64,000 bases of DNA from Candidatus Oxydemutator sp. (GTDB taxonomy: Bacteria; Pseudomonadota; Gammaproteobacteria; Poriferisulfidales; Oxydemutatoraceae), in NCBI GenBank assembly GCA_965203445.1, contig OZ241883.1, positions 1,760,001 to 1,824,000 of the forward strand, in the 5' to 3' direction. Numbering within the stretch: position 1 is the stretch's first letter; each line of letters begins with the position of its first letter. The translations under genes and the position numbers were made by a program. Under the pieces are notes generated by a model. The model ran no database searches. It saw nothing but the letters and a program-made list of their open reading frames with translations, and had not been told where the DNA came from. Positions 1 through 14,600 of this stretch are shown one piece after another.

Positions 1-2690
1 TTGCGTATGGAGGGGAACGGTTTGAGGCGGTTGAGACCTGGGATATTTTCGGATCTGGTTCGCTTGGAGCGTCTGTATATGAGTTCGAACCATCTGGTGA
101 CGTTGGAGAGCAGAGTGTTTTCGGGATTGACGAGTTTGCGCATGTTGACGTTGAGCGACAACTGGATAAGCGACGTGGGCGAACTGTTCAAGAACACGAG
201 TTTGAGCGCGCTGACGGCGTTGGATTTGTCGAGGAATCGTTTGGGTGGATTGGGCGACGGAGCATTTTCGGGCTTGCGGCGTTTGGAGACGTTGCAGTTG
301 GCAGGCAACCAAATAAGCACGCTGGATAGCGGAGCATTTTCGGGATTGGATAGTTTGCGCACGCTGACGTTGTCTGGAAATGGGTTGACGAGGTTGCCCG
401 CCGAGATATTTGTCGGCATGGAGTTGACGGGCGGTCTGGACTTGTCAGGCAATCCGGTGGACCCATTCGTGTTGGAGTTGCGCCTGGAGGCTTGGGAGGA
501 AGGAGTGCGTGCGCGCATAAAGGAAGGGGCGCCTGCGGCGATAAAGGCATCCTGGTCTGCGTCGGGCGGTTCGAGCGAGATGGGTCAGGTAGAGGTGGCG
601 GCGGGCGCGTTGGCGAGCGGGGTATTCGGTTTGGAGCGTGCGCACGTGGAGCCTGCGATGATAAGGCTGCATGATGTTCAGCAGTTGCTTCCGGCCGCGT
701 CCTACCGTGGTATTCGTATATCGGCGACGGGCATCGTGACGTTGAGGTGGCGTGGGCCTCGGTTTGTTGGGGGAGTGGAGGATCAGATATACACGGTGGG
801 TGTGGGAACGTCGTCAAAGTTGCCGGCGGCGGTAAGCGGTACGCGTCCGTTGCGCTACAGTTTGTCTGGAGATTCCCCGCTGCCGTCGGATTTGGCGTTC
901 AACCCGTTGACGCGGGTATTGTCGGGGACTCCGACGCGGGTGCAGGGGGGTGTGTATCGCTACACGGTGGAGGACGCGGTGGGTCGCAGGGCTACGACGG
1001 AGATCGGCATTCGCGTGCGCGGTGAGGTATGTGCCCGCACGCGAGCGGTTCATGAGGAGATAGCGCGCAGGGCGGGTCATTCGGACTGTGACTACGTCAA
1101 AGAAAACGATCTTGCGCGTATAGAGACGCTGATCATAAGCGACCGTGGATTGAGCGAGTTGCAGCCTGGTGATTTCGGGGGTTTGAGCGGCTTGCGGTCT
1201 TTGCGTATGGAGGGGAACGGTTTGAGAGGGTTGGAACCTGAGATATTTTCGGATCTGGTTCGCTTGGAGCGTCTGTATATGAGTTCGAACCATCTGGTGA
1301 CGTTGGATAGCAGAGTGTTTTCGGGGTTGGTCAGTTTGCGCATGTTGACGTTGAGCGGCAACTGGATAAGCGACGTGGGCGAACTGTTCGAGAACACGAG
1401 TTTGAGCGCGCTGACGGCGTTGGACGTGTCGAGGAATCGCTTGAGTGGATTGGGCAACGGAGCATTTTCGGGCTTGCGGCGTTTGGAGACGTTGCAGTTG
1501 GCAGGCAACCAAATAAGCACGCTGGGTAGCGGAGCATTTTCGGGATTGGATAGTTTGCGCACGCTGACGTTGTCTGGGAATGGGTTGACGGGGTTGCCCG
1601 CCGAGATATTTTCCGGCATGGAGTTGACGGGCGGTCTGGACTTGTCCGGCAATCCGATGGATCCATTCGTGTTGGAGTTGCGCCTGGAGGCTTGGGAGGA
1701 AGGAGTGCGTGCGCGCATAAAGGAAGGGGTGCCTGCGGCGATAAAGGCTTTCTGGTCTGCGTCGGGCGGTTCGAGCGAGATGGGTCAGGTAGAGGTGGCG
1801 GCGGGCGCGTTGGCGAGCGGGGTATTCGGTTTGGAGCGTGCGCACGTGGAGCCTGCGATGATAAGGCTGCATGACGTTCAGCAGTTGCTTCCGGCCGCGT
1901 CCTACCGTGGTATTCGTATATCGGCGACGGGCATCGTGACGTTGAGGTGGCGTGGGCCTCGGTTTGTTGGGGGAGTGGAGGATCAGATATACACGGTGGG
2001 TGCGGGAACGTCGTCAAAGTTGCCGGCGGCGGTAAGCGGTACGCGTCCGTTGCGCTACAGTTTATCTGGAGATTCCCCGCTGCCGTCGGATTTGGTGTTC
2101 AACCCGTTGACGCGGGTATTGTCGGGGACTCCGACGCGGGTGCAGGGGGGTGTGTATCGCTACACGGTGGAGGACGCGGTGGGTCGCAGGGCTACGACGG
2201 AGATCGGCATTCGCGTGCGCGGTGAGGTATGTGCCCGCACGCGGGCGGTTCATGAGGAGATAGCGCGCAGGGCGGGTCATTCGGACTGTGACTACGTCAA
2301 AGAGGACGATCTTGCGCGTATAGAGACGCTGATCATAAGCGACCGTGGATTGAGCGAGTTGCAGCTTGGTGATTTCGAGGGTTTGAGCGGCTTGCGGTCT
2401 TTGCGTATGGAGGGGAACGGTTTGAGAGGGTTGGAACCTGAGATATTTTCGGATCTGGTTCGCTTGGAGCGTCTGTATATGAGTTCGAACCATCTGGTGA
2501 CGTTGGATAGCAGAGTGTTTTCGGGGTTGGTCAGTTTGCGCATGTTGACGTTGAGCGGCAACTGGATAAGCGACGTGGGCGAACTGTTCGAGAACACGAG
2601 TTTGAGCGCGCTGACGGCGTTGGACGTGTCGAGGAATCGCTTGAGTGGATTGGGCAACGGAGCATTTTCGGGATTGCGGCGTTTGGAGAC
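1..2690 (+). repeat. Intragenic tandem module A, 1200-bp period (about 2.2 copies visible)
   Basis: Positions 1, 1201 and 2401 all begin ttgcgtatggaggggaacggtttgag. The copies differ only by scattered SNPs and diverge at about 2690. Confidence 0.95.
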
Positions 2691-5600
2691 ATTGCGTTTG
2701 GGCGGCAATCGGATAAGGGTCTTGGGGAACGGAGTGTTTTCGGGATTGAAAGATCTGGATAAATTGCATTTGAGCGGCAACCAACTGAATGGTTTGGGTA
2801 ATACGTTTATGAATACGAGTCTGAGCGCGTTGAGGGTTTTGGACTTGTCGGGCAATCAGTTGGAGATGTTGAACGCCGGAGTATTTTCAGGGGTTGCGAG
2901 ATTGGAGGAATTGAATCTTGGCGACAACAAGATATACGACTTGGCAAGCGGTGCGTTTTCGGGGATGAGAAGTCTGACAAAATTATTGCTGCAAAGGAAT
3001 GAATTGGGGGAATTGCCCAGGGACATATTTACGGGTTTGGAATTAAAGCATACGCTGGATTTGTCCGGGAACTCTGACGGTCCATTTGTTTTGCATGCGA
3101 GTTTGGAGTTGGAGGAAGGAGGAGCGCGCGTGCATATCGAGGAAGGAGCTCCCGTCAGAATAGAAGTAACGTGGACTTCATCGGAGGATGCAAGTAGAAC
3201 GAGAGTGGTCTCGGTAAGCGCGGGCACGACGGTAAGCGAAGTACTGCGCATGGTCGGTACGCAGTCGGTGACGATCACGCTGCACGCCGCCCGGTTGGGG
3301 CGCGTTTTCGGTCGTATAGAGGGATTGGTCGTGGAGGCGACGGACAGCGCGGTGTTGTCGCCCCGCCCCCCTCCTCCATTGCCGCCGATGGACGCCGGTA
3401 TATGTGATCGCACGCGCCAAGTTTATGAGGCGATAGCGGACAAGGTGGGCGTGGATAGCTGCGCTGATGTCACGACCGGACACCTGGTGATGATAGAAGC
3501 CTTGGACATAGACGGAAGAGGCGCGACGGAAGTGCGTGCGGGTGACTTTGCGGGCTTGAGCGGTCTGCGTCGTTTGTATTTGGGGGATAACAGGTTGAGG
3601 AGTCTGCCTTCCGGCGTGTTGTCGGAATTGGGCAATTTGGAGGAGTTGCATATAGACGGCAACAAGTTGGGCGATCTGCCGTCGGGGATATTCGGGGGTT
3701 TGGGCAGTTTGCGTGAATTGTCGTTGAGCGGCAACGAATTGCAGAGATTGGAAGCAGGCGTGTTCGAGGGATTGAATGCGCTGGGCAGTCTGTATTTGGA
3801 CAACAACGAGTTAAGCGGTTTGCAGTCTGATACGTTTGTCGGCTTGTCGCGTTTGAGCAGCCTGCGTCTGCACGACAACCGTTTGGAGGGTCTGCCGGCG
3901 GATATATTTCAGGGATTGAAATTGTCGAATAGTTTGACGCTGCACGGGAACGGGAACGATCCTGTTGAGTTTTGGGTGTATCCGGAGTTGTCATCGGAAG
4001 GTGATCGAGCGCGCGCGCATATAGCGGAAGGGGCGTTTCTCGGGATGTTGGTGGATTGGGAATCATCGGGTGGATACGTGGATAGAGGGGAGGTGGAGTT
4101 GTCGGCGGGAACGAGTGCAAGCGAGTTGTTCGGCATGGCGCGTCCGACGACGGTGACGGTGGAGTTGTCGTCGGTCGAGATAGACGGCTTGCCGCGGATG
4201 GAGAGAACGGACGACGCGACGGGGCCGTATAGCGGATTTCGGGTGGCGACGACGGACAGCAGGAAGGTTTTGCGTTGGAACGGTCCGTTGCTTGCGCGCG
4301 AGGTGAAAGATCAGTTGTATACGGAGGGCGTGGGGATAGCTCCGTTGGAGTTGCCGTCTGCGGATGGCGGCGATCTTCCGTTGGAATATAGCTTGTCCGG
4401 CGAATTGCCGGAGGGATTGAAATTCAGCACGTTGACGCGGACGTTGACGGGTACGCCGACGAAGGTGCATAGGGAGAGTAGCTACGTATGGAGGGTGGCG
4501 GATGCGTCGGGTCGTGTGCACCAGAGCGGATTCAAAATCAAGGTGCAGTCAGAGGTGTGCAGGAGGACGCTGGAGGTTCGTGATGCGATAGTGGATGCGT
4601 TTATGGGCGTGCGAGTATGCGATTACGTGAAGGCGGAGCATTTGGCCTCGATCACGGTGCTGGACATCAGCAGCCAGGGAATAGTCCGGTTGAAGGAAGG
4701 CGACTTTGGGGGCTTGAGCGGTCTGCGCCGTTTGCATTTGGGTGGTAACGAATTGAATAGCCTGCCATCCGGCGTGTTTTCGGAATTGGTCAGTTTGGAG
4801 GAGTTGCACATAGATGGCAACAAGTTGGGCGGTCTGCCGTCGGGTATATTCGAGGGCCTGGTCGGCTTGCGCGAATTGTCGTTGAGCGGCAACGAGTTGA
4901 GCGATTTGAGTACGGATACGTTTGTCGGTTTGTCTCGTTTGAGCAGTCTGCGTCTGCACGACAACCGTTTGGGGGGTCTGCTGCACGACAACCGTTTGGC
5001 GGATCTGCCGGAGGGTATATTCCTGGGATTGGAATTGACGGATAGTTTGACGTTGCATGGGAACGGTAACGATTATTTTAAGTTTCAGGTACGTCCGGAG
5101 TTGTCTTCGGAAGGTGATCGAGTGCGCGCGCATATAGCGCAAGGGGCGTTTCTCGGGATGTTGGTGAATTGGGAATCATCCGGCGGATACGTGGATAGAG
5201 GAGAGGCGGAGTTGTCTGCGGGGGCGAGTGCGAGCGAGTGGTTCGGTATGGCGCGTCCGACGACGGTGACGGTGGAGTTGTTGTCGGTCAAGATTGACGG
5301 CTTGCCGTTGTCGGAGAGAACGGACGACGCGACGGGGCCGTATAGCGGATTTGAGGTGACGGCGACGGGCCGCGAGAATTTGCGTTGGAACGGCCCGTTG
5401 CTTATGCGCGAGGTGGGGGATCAGTCGTATACGGAAGAGGTGGGGATAGATCCGTTGGAGTTGCCGTCGGCGGATGGCGGCGATGCTCCGCTGGCATACA
5501 GCCTGTCCGGTGAATTGCCGGAGGGATTGAAATTCAGCACGTTGACGCGGACGTTGACGGGTACGCCGACGGAGGTGCATAGGGAGAGCAACTACGTATG

Positions 5601-8600
5601 GAAGGTAGCGGATGCGTCGGGTCGTGAGGACAGGAGGGAGTTCACGATCAAGGTGCGGTCGGAGGTGTGCGCGAGGACGCCGCAGGTTCGAGACGCGATA
5701 ATGGAAGCGTTGATGGGCGTTATTCCCGTATGCGACTACGTGAAGGCGGAGCATTTGGCCTCGATCACGGTGCTGGACATCAGCAGCAAGAGGATAGCCC
5801 GGTTGGAGGAAGGCGACTTTGCGGGTTTGAGCGGTCTGCGCCGTTTGCATTTGGGCGGTAACGAATTGAATAGCCTGCCATCCGGCGTGTTTTCGGAATT
5901 GGTCAGTTTGGAGGAGTTGCATTTGGACGGCAACGAGTTGGGCGGTCTGCCGTCGGGGATATTCGGGGGTCTGGTCGGCTTGCGCGAATTGTCGTTGAGC
6001 GGCAACGAATTGCAGGAATTGGAAGCAGGCGTGTTCGGGGGATTGAATGCGCTGGGCAGCCTGTATTTGGACAACAACGAGTTAAGCGGTTTGCGGTCTG
6101 ATACGTTTGTCGGCTTGTCGCGTTTGAGCAGTCTGCGTCTGCACGACAACCGTTTGGCGGGTCTGCCGGAGGGTATATTCCTGGGATTGGAATTGACGGA
6201 TAGTTTGACGCTGCACGGCAACACGAGCGAACCGATTGTGTTTTTGGTGTCTCCGGGGTTGTCTGCGGAAGGTGATCGAGCGCGAGCGAATATAGCGCAA
6301 GGAGCGTTTCTGGGGATGTTGGTGAATTGGGTGTCTTCGGGTGGATATGTGGATGGAGGCGAGGTGGAGTTGTCTGCGGGAACGAGTGCGAGCGAGTCGT
6401 TTGGTATGGCGCGTCCGACGACGGTGACGGTGGAGTTGTTGTCGGTCAAGGTTGACGGCTTGCCGTTGTCGGAGAGAACGGACGACGCGACGGGGCCGTA
6501 TAGCGGATTTCGGGTGGCGACGACGGGCAGTGCGAGTTTGCGTTGGAACGGCCCGTTGCTTATGCGCGAGGTGGAGGATCAGTCGTATACGCAGGGCATG
6601 GAGATCCGTCCGTTGGAGTTGCCATCTGGGGTTGGCGGCGATGTTCCGCTGGGATACAGCCTGTCCGGTGAATTGCCGGAGGGATTGAAATTCAGCACGC
6701 TGACACGGACGTTGACGGGTACGCCGACGGAGGTGCATAGGGAGAGCAACTACGTATGGAAGGTAGCGGATGCGTCGGGTCGTGAGGACAGGAGGGAGTT
6801 CACGATCAAGGTGCGGTCGGAGGTGTGCGCGAGGACGCCGCAGGTTCGAGACGCGATAGTGGAGGAGTTGACGGTTCTGGTTCCGGGGACACGGGTATGC
6901 GACTACGTGAAGGCGGAGCATTTGGCCTCGATCACGGTACTGGACATCAGCAGCAAGAGGATAGCCCAGTTGGAGGAAGGCGACTTTGCGGGTTTGAGCG
7001 GTCTGCGCCGTTTGCATTTGGGTGGTAACGAATTGAATAGCCTGCCATCCGGCGTGTTTTCGGAATTGGTCAGTTTGGAGGAGTTGCATTTGGACGGCAA
7101 CGAGTTGGGCGGTCTGCCGTCGGGGATATTCGGGGGTCTGGGCAGCTTGCGCGAATTGTCGTTGAGCGGCAATAAATTGCGGGGATTGGAAGCAGGCGTG
7201 TTCGGGGGATTGAATGCGCTGGGCAGCCTGTATTTGGACAACAACGAGTTAAGCGGTTTGCGGTCTGATACGTTTGTCGGCTTGTCGCGTTTGAGCAGTC
7301 TGCGTCTGCACGACAACCGTTTGGCGGGTCTGCCGGAGGGTATATTCCTGGGATTGGAATTGACGGACAGTTTGACGCTGCACGGCAACACGAGCGAACC
7401 GATTGTGTTTTTGGTGTCTCCGGGGTTGTCTGCGGAAGGTGATCGAGCGCGAGCGAATATAGCGCAAGGAGCGTTTCTGGGGATGTTGGTGAATTGGGCA
7501 TCTTCGGGCGGATATGTGGATGGAGGCGAGGTGGAGTTGTCTGCGGGAACGAGTGCGAGCGAGTCGTTCGGTATGGCGCGTCCGACGACGGTGACGGTGG
7601 AGTTGTTGTCGGTCAAGATTGACGGCTTGCCGTTGTCGGAGAGAACGGACGACGCGACGGGGCCGTATAGCGGATTTCGGGTGGCGACGACGCGCAGCGT
7701 GAGTTTGCGTTGGAACGGCCCGTTGCTTGCGCGCGAGGTGGAGGATCAGTCGTATATGGAAGGGGTGGAGATACGTCCATTGGAGTTGCCGTCGGCGGAT
7801 GGCGGCGATGTTCCGCTGGGATACAGCCTGTCCGGTGAATTGCCGGAGGGATTGAAATTCAGCACGTTGACGCGGACGTTGACGGGGACGCCGACGGAGG
7901 TGCAAAGGGAAAGCGACTACATATGGGAGGTGGTGGATGCGTCGGGTCGCAGGCACGGGAGCGCATTCACAATCAAGGTGCGGTCGGAGGTGTGCACGAG
8001 GACGCCGCAGGTTCGTGACGCGATAGTGGAGGCGTTGACGGTTCTGGTTCCGGGGACACGGGTATGCGACTACGTGAAGGCGGAGCAGTTGGCATTGATC
8101 GCCGCGTTGGACATCAGCAGCCAGAGTATAGTCCGATTGCAGCAAGGCGACTTTGCGGGCTTGAGCAGTTTGCAATCCCTGAACTTGAGCGGAAATCAGT
8201 TGACCCGGATCAGGCTAGGCATATTCGCGGGTTTGGCCGACCTCCGTGAGCTGGATTTGTCTTCCAACGAAATAGGACGTTTGGAAGAAGATGCGTTTTC
8301 TGGTTTGGGGAACCTGCGCAAGCTGCTTCTGGACAACAATCGGATAAGCGGTATGGCGAGCATGGTGTTTGCCGATTTGTCCAATATGACGACACTGTCG
8401 TTGCGCGGCAACCGTTTGTCGTCGTTGCCGGAAAATGTATTCGTCGGGCTGAGCTTGAAGGATTTGCTGGATTTGTCGAGCAATCCCGGCAGTCCGCTTA
8501 AGTTGTCGGTGCGTGTGGAATCTTCGAACAACGGTCGTGCCCGTGCGCGTATAAGGGAGGGCGCGCCGTTGACCATAGAAGTTTTGTGGTTGTCATCCGG

Positions 8601-11600
8601 GGATTCGAGCGTGCCTGGTGCGGCTTATATCAGAGATGGCACGATCGCAAGCGAGGTGTTCGGGATGCCCCATCCCAGAGAATCCATGACCATCACGTTG
8701 ATCGACGCCAAGTCGGCTGACGTCGTTGAGCAGCTTGACGATGCAGAGGGTTCCTATAGGGGCTTCCGGCTTGCTACGACTGGAAGCGTGACGCTACCCT
8801 GCACTGATCTGTGGTTCGATCAAGCGGTGTCACCGCAGGTTTTTCTGCGGGGCGTAGCCGTCGGCGATCCCGGATTCAGGTTGCCGGCGGCGAGAAGTTG
8901 CCGACCGCCGCTGACTTATACGCTGTCGCCGAAATTGCCGATGGGTTTGACGTTCAGTTCGGCCACGCGTGTGATTTCAGGTATTCCGAGCGAGGTGTGG
9001 CCGGCGGCGACCTACACGCTGACGGCGATGGACGCGGATGGCGACGAGGCGACGCTGCAATTCAGCCTTGTCGTGAAAGCGAACGACTACGACAAGGACA
9101 ACGACGGCCTTATCGAGGTGGTCAATCTGGCGCAGCTGAATGCGATACGCTGGGATCTGGACGGCGACGGCAGCAGTCCGACCGACGCGAGTGCATACGC
9201 CGAGGCGTTCCCGGGCGCGGCGGCAGGGATGGGTTGTCCGGCCGTGGATGGCTGTGTCGGCTATGAGTTGGGTGAGGACGACGCAAGCGCGGTGTCGCTG
9301 ACGTTCAACACGGGGGATCCGAGCACCCGAACGGACGACGAGTATTACAACGGCGGCGCGGGTTGGGAACCGATAGGCAATGCGAGTAATTCCTACTCCG
9401 GCGTTTTTCAGGGCAACGGGCACGTCATTTCGGACTTGTCCATCCATCGGGCAGGCCGCTTTATCGGCTTGTTCGGCCGTTTGGGTTCCGCGGGCAGGTT
9501 GGTTGACGTGGGATTGGCGAACGTGGATGTCAGAGGGCAATTCTATGTAGGCAGTCTGGTCGGGTACAGCAGAGGAACGATAAGCAACAGTTCCGCGACG
9601 GGCACGGTTTCCGGGACGGACGGCGGGTTCAGCATAGGAGGTCTTGTAGGTATAAACGACGGCGCGATAGACAAAAGCTATGCGAAAGGAGCGGTCTTTG
9701 CGAATGATGGCGATGGTGCCATAGGGGGCTTCGCAGGAGGCAACCTCGGAACGATAAGTGAAAGTTATGCAACGGGCGTAGTCAGCGGCGGGGACGGATC
9801 CGTTGGCGGGTTTGTGGGAAGCAACCGCGGGATGATAACCGATTGCCATGCGACGGGCGCGGTCAGCGGGGACGAATCCGTTGGCGGTTTTGTGGGAAGC
9901 AACGACCGTGACCATACAATAATCGGCAGCTACGCGGCGGGCGCGGTCATCAGAAGCAATTTTGGGGGCGGTTTCGTCGGCCAGAATAAAGGGGCCATAA
10001 GTGCAAGTTATGCAGTGGGCGCAGTCACGGGAAATCTTGCGGGCGGTTTTGTCGGCTACGATGAAGGAATCATAGGCGCAAGTTATGCAGTGGGCGCAGT
10101 CACGGGAAATCTTGCGGGCGGTTTCGTCGGCTACAGCAAAGGGACGATAACCGCGGGTTACGCGACAGGCGCGGTTATGGGGGAGAATTTGGCAGGAGGT
10201 TTTGTAGGACATAACGCGGGAACGTTAATCGCGAACTATGTGGCGGGCGCAGTCATTGGACATAGGAAAGGTGGTTTTACCGGGATTGACAGTGGGATGG
10301 TAACCGACGGTTATTGGGATACTGACGTTTCGGGTCTTGACAGAAGTGCCGACTATGGCCCGGATACGGGCGCCATTGGCAAAACTATCATCGCGTTGCA
10401 GACACCGACCACCTACACCGGCATTTACGCCAGTTGGAACGTGGACGTGGACGGCAGCACCGCGACCGGCGTCGGTGGCAGGGACGACCCGTGGGATTTC
10501 GGCGACTCAACGCAGTATCCGGTATTGCAATACGGTGGTTTGGACGTTGATCTGCAACGGCGCCTGCTGCCGCTGACGGCGAGATTGCGGGTAGCGTCGG
10601 TGCCGGCGCGTGGCGACACTTACCGCGCCGGCGAGACGATTCGGATGCGTGCTGCGTATGGTCGGGATGACGTCAGGGTGCCCGCCGACGCGGTGTTGAG
10701 AGTAGTCATCGGTGGCAGGACGGTCAGCGCGACGGTGGTTGCGGTCGCCGGCAGCACCAGTGCGACGGACTTTGTGTACGTGGTATCCGAGGCGGACGAG
10801 GACGTGGACGGCATCAGCGTGTCGTCGAGCTCACTGCTCGGTTCCTTCTACGCGACGGGCCGTGGCAGCACGAGCGGCGTGTCGCACGGCGTGTTGTCGG
10901 CGCAATCGGGGCACAAGGTGCATGGCGGAGATTGGGTGCCGACGTTTGGCGAGGAGACGCTATCGGCGCAGAGTTACGTAGTGGGCGAGCGCGTTACGCT
11001 GACGTTGCCCGCGGCGACGAGCGGCGACGGGGTGTTGACGTATGCGTTGAGTCCGGCGCCGCCTGGTGGTTTGCGATTGAGCACGTCGTCGCGCGTCCTG
11101 ACGGGCGTGCCGTTGGACGTGACGTTGACGACGACGTACACCTGGACTGCGACCGATACGGATGGCGACAAGGCGGAGTTGTCATTCACGATAGCGGTGA
11201 GGTCGGGCGTGTGCGACCGCACTCCGCAGGTTCGAGACGAGATCATGGAGCAAGCGGGCGTATCGGACTGCGCGCTGGTCACGATGGAACATCTGTCCTC
11301 GATAACGACGCTGAATCTGATGAGTCAGAATATCAGCGCGTTGAAGGCGGGTGACTTCGACGATTTGGTCAATCTATCCTATCTGGGTCTGATGAAGAAC
11401 CAGTTGGAGGTCTTGCCGGCCGGTCTGTTTTCGGAATTGCGGAGTTTGGGGACGCTGCATCTGTATTGGAACCGATTGACGAGTCTTTCGACGGGGACGT
11501 TCGTCGGTTTGAGCAATCTGGTGGAGCTGAATCTGGAAGAGACTCATTTGTCGAGCATAGCCGCGGGAACGTTTTCCGGTCTGAGTAGATTAGAGTCTCT

Positions 11601-14600
11601 GGATATCGGCAACAATAGATTGTCGGAATTGCCGGCCGGTTTGTTTTCGGAATTGCGGAGTTTGAGGAAGTTGCTTCTGTATTCGAACCGATTGACGAGT
11701 CTCTCGACGGGGACGTTCGCTGGTTTGAGCAATCTGGCGGAACTGAATGTGCAAGGCAATCGTTTGTCGAGCATAGCCGCGGGGACGTTTTCCGGCTTGA
11801 GCAGCTTGAAGTTTCTGGATATGAAACACAATCCTTTGCCGAGTATAGCTACGGGGACGTTTTCCGGCTTGAGCAGTTTGGAGGTTCTGAAGATAGGCAA
11901 CACTTATAGATTGTCGGAATTGCCGGCCGGTTTGTTTTCGGATTTGACGGAGTTGCAGGTACTGAATTTATGGCACAACCGTTTTACAAGCCTCCCGTCG
12001 GACACGTTTGCAGGTTTGGTCAATTTGAGTCACTTGCGTATAAACCACAACCGATTGGCCAGCCTTGAATCGGGTCTGTTTTCCGGTTTGAAGAGCTTGA
12101 CGTCTTTGCGCGTGAACAACAACCGCTTGACGAAGTTGCCAGCGGGGATATTCGACGGTTTGAATCTGACGAGGGTGTTGCATCTGTATCAAAACACGAG
12201 TCGTCCGGTGGTGATGGAAGTGTATCCTGAGTTGTCAGGGTCTGGTTTCCGCGTGCGAATAGACGAGGGCGCACCGCGTGCGATGCGCGTGAATTGGGCG
12301 TTGTCGGGCGGTGTGAGCAGCACGGGCGTGGCGATGATAGCGGCGGGTGCGCGGGTGAGCAGCGTGACGCAGGTATCGGCCACGCCTCGTGAAGTGGTGA
12401 TCACGTTGAGCGACCCGGCGCTTGCGGGCGTGTCCGAGGCGACGGACGAAGACCGCCCTGGGAGCCGTTATGCTGGCTTTCGCTTGTCGGTGGCGTCGGT
12501 GCCGAGCGTGGCGATAGCGGGGACGTTGCCGATGTTTTACGAGGGAGTGCCGGCGCAGAGTTACCTGCGGGGCGAGGCGATAAGCGAATTGCAGTTGCCG
12601 AGGGCGCGCGGAGGTCGTGCCCCGTTGCGCTATAGCCTGTCGCCGTCCACGCCGGAGGGCTTGGTGTTCAGCACGGCGACGCTGATCATTTCGGGGACGC
12701 CGATGGAGGTGCGGAGTGCGACGACCTACACGCTGACGGTGGTGGACGCGGATAGCAAGGAAGCGACGCTGCGCTTCAGCATTGCCGTGGCGGATGACTA
12801 CGACAAGGACGGCGATGGTCTTATAGAAGTATATAGTCTGTCGCAGTTGAACGCGATACGCTGGGATCTGGACGGCAACGGCAGTCCGACGACTAACGCG
12901 AGCGCCTACGCCGAGGCATTCCCAGGCGCGACGGCAGGAATGGGTTGTCCGACTGCGGGCGGTTGCATAGGCTACGAGTTGGGTGAGAGCAGCGCAAGCG
13001 CGGTGTCGCTGACGTTCAACACGGGGGATCCGAGCACCCGCACGGACGACGAGTATTACAACGATGGCGCGGGTTGGGAGCCGATAGGCGGTGGCGTGAG
13101 TAATTCCTACTCCGGCGTTTTCCGAGGCAACGGGCACGTCATCTCGGACTTGTTCATCAATCGAACAAACGGCTATATCGGCTTGTTCGGCTATTTGGGT
13201 TCTGCGGGCAAATTGGAGGACGTGGGATTGGCGAACGTGGACGTCAGGGGACGACAGCAGGTAGGCAGTTTGGTCGGGTACAGTGGAGGGACGATAACCG
13301 CTAGCTTCGCGGCGGGAGCGGTCAGCGGGAGCGAGAGGTGGGATGTAGGCGGTCTCGTGGGGTACAATTCTGGAGAGATAATCGCCAGCTCCGCGACGGG
13401 CGCGGTCAACGGGAGAGGGAATAGTGTAGGCGGCCTTGTGGGGTACAATTCTGGAGAGATAATCGCCAGCTCCGCGACGGGCGCGGTCAACGGGAGAGGG
13501 AATAGTGTAGGCGGCCTTGTGGGGCGCAATTATGGAGAGATAAGCGCCAGCTCCGCGATGGGCGCGGTCAGCGGGACACTTCATGTAGGTGGCCTCGTGG
13601 GGTACAATCTTCGAGAGATAACCACCAGCTTCGCGATGGGTGTGGTCAGCGGAACATCTTATGTAGGCGGCCTTGTGGGGAGCAATGCTGGAGAGATAAG
13701 CGCCAGCTACGCGACGGGCGCGGTTAGCGGGGGATGGTTTTATGCAGGTGGCCTCGTGGGGGGAAATTATGGAGAGATAAGTGCCAGCTCCGCGACGGGT
13801 GCAGTCAGCGGGGAATGGTTTGTAGGTGGCCTCGTGGGGGGAAATTATGGAGAGATAAGCGCCAGCTACGCGACGGGCGTGGTCAGCGGGACAAAGTATG
13901 CAGGTGGCCTCGTGGGGGGAAATTATGGAGAGATAAGCGCCAGCTACGCGACGGGCGTGGTCAGCGGGACAAAGTATGCAGGTGGCCTCGTGGGGCGCAA
14001 TTATAATTCTGGAGAGATAAGCGCCAGCTCCGCGACGGGCGCGGTCAGCGGGACACCTGATGTAGGTGGCCTCGTGGGGGTCAATTATGGAGATATAACC
14101 GCCAGCTATGCGATGGGCGCGGTCAACGGGGAGGTCTTTGTAGGCGGCCTCGTGGGGGGCAATTATGGAGAGGGAGATATAACCGCCAGCTATGCGACGG
14201 GCGTGGTCAGCGGGATATCTTATGTAGGCGGCCTCGTGGGGTTCAATGGTGAAGAGATAACCGCCAGCTATGCGACGGGCGTGGTCAGCGGGATATCTTA
14301 TGTAGGCGGCCTCGTGGGGTACAATTATGGAGAGGGAGATATAACCGCCAGCTATGCGATGGGCGCGGTCAGCGAGAGGAGGAGGGATGTAGGCGGCCTC
14401 GTGGGGGTCAACTGGGTCAACTATGGAGATATAACCGCCAGCTACTGGGATACCGACGCCTCTGGTCTCAACAGTAGTGCCGGTGGTATGGGCAAAACCA
14501 CGATCGCATTGCAGACACCGACCACCTACACCGGCATTTATGCCAGTTGGAACGTGAACGTGGACGGCAGCACCGCGACCGGCGTCGGTGGCAGGGACGA

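Noticed and set aside
13260-14445. Regularly spaced repeats with variable inserts as a CRISPR array
   Set aside because: The units are in-frame coding GLUG repeats, the variable parts are only a few codons, and there are no cas genes.
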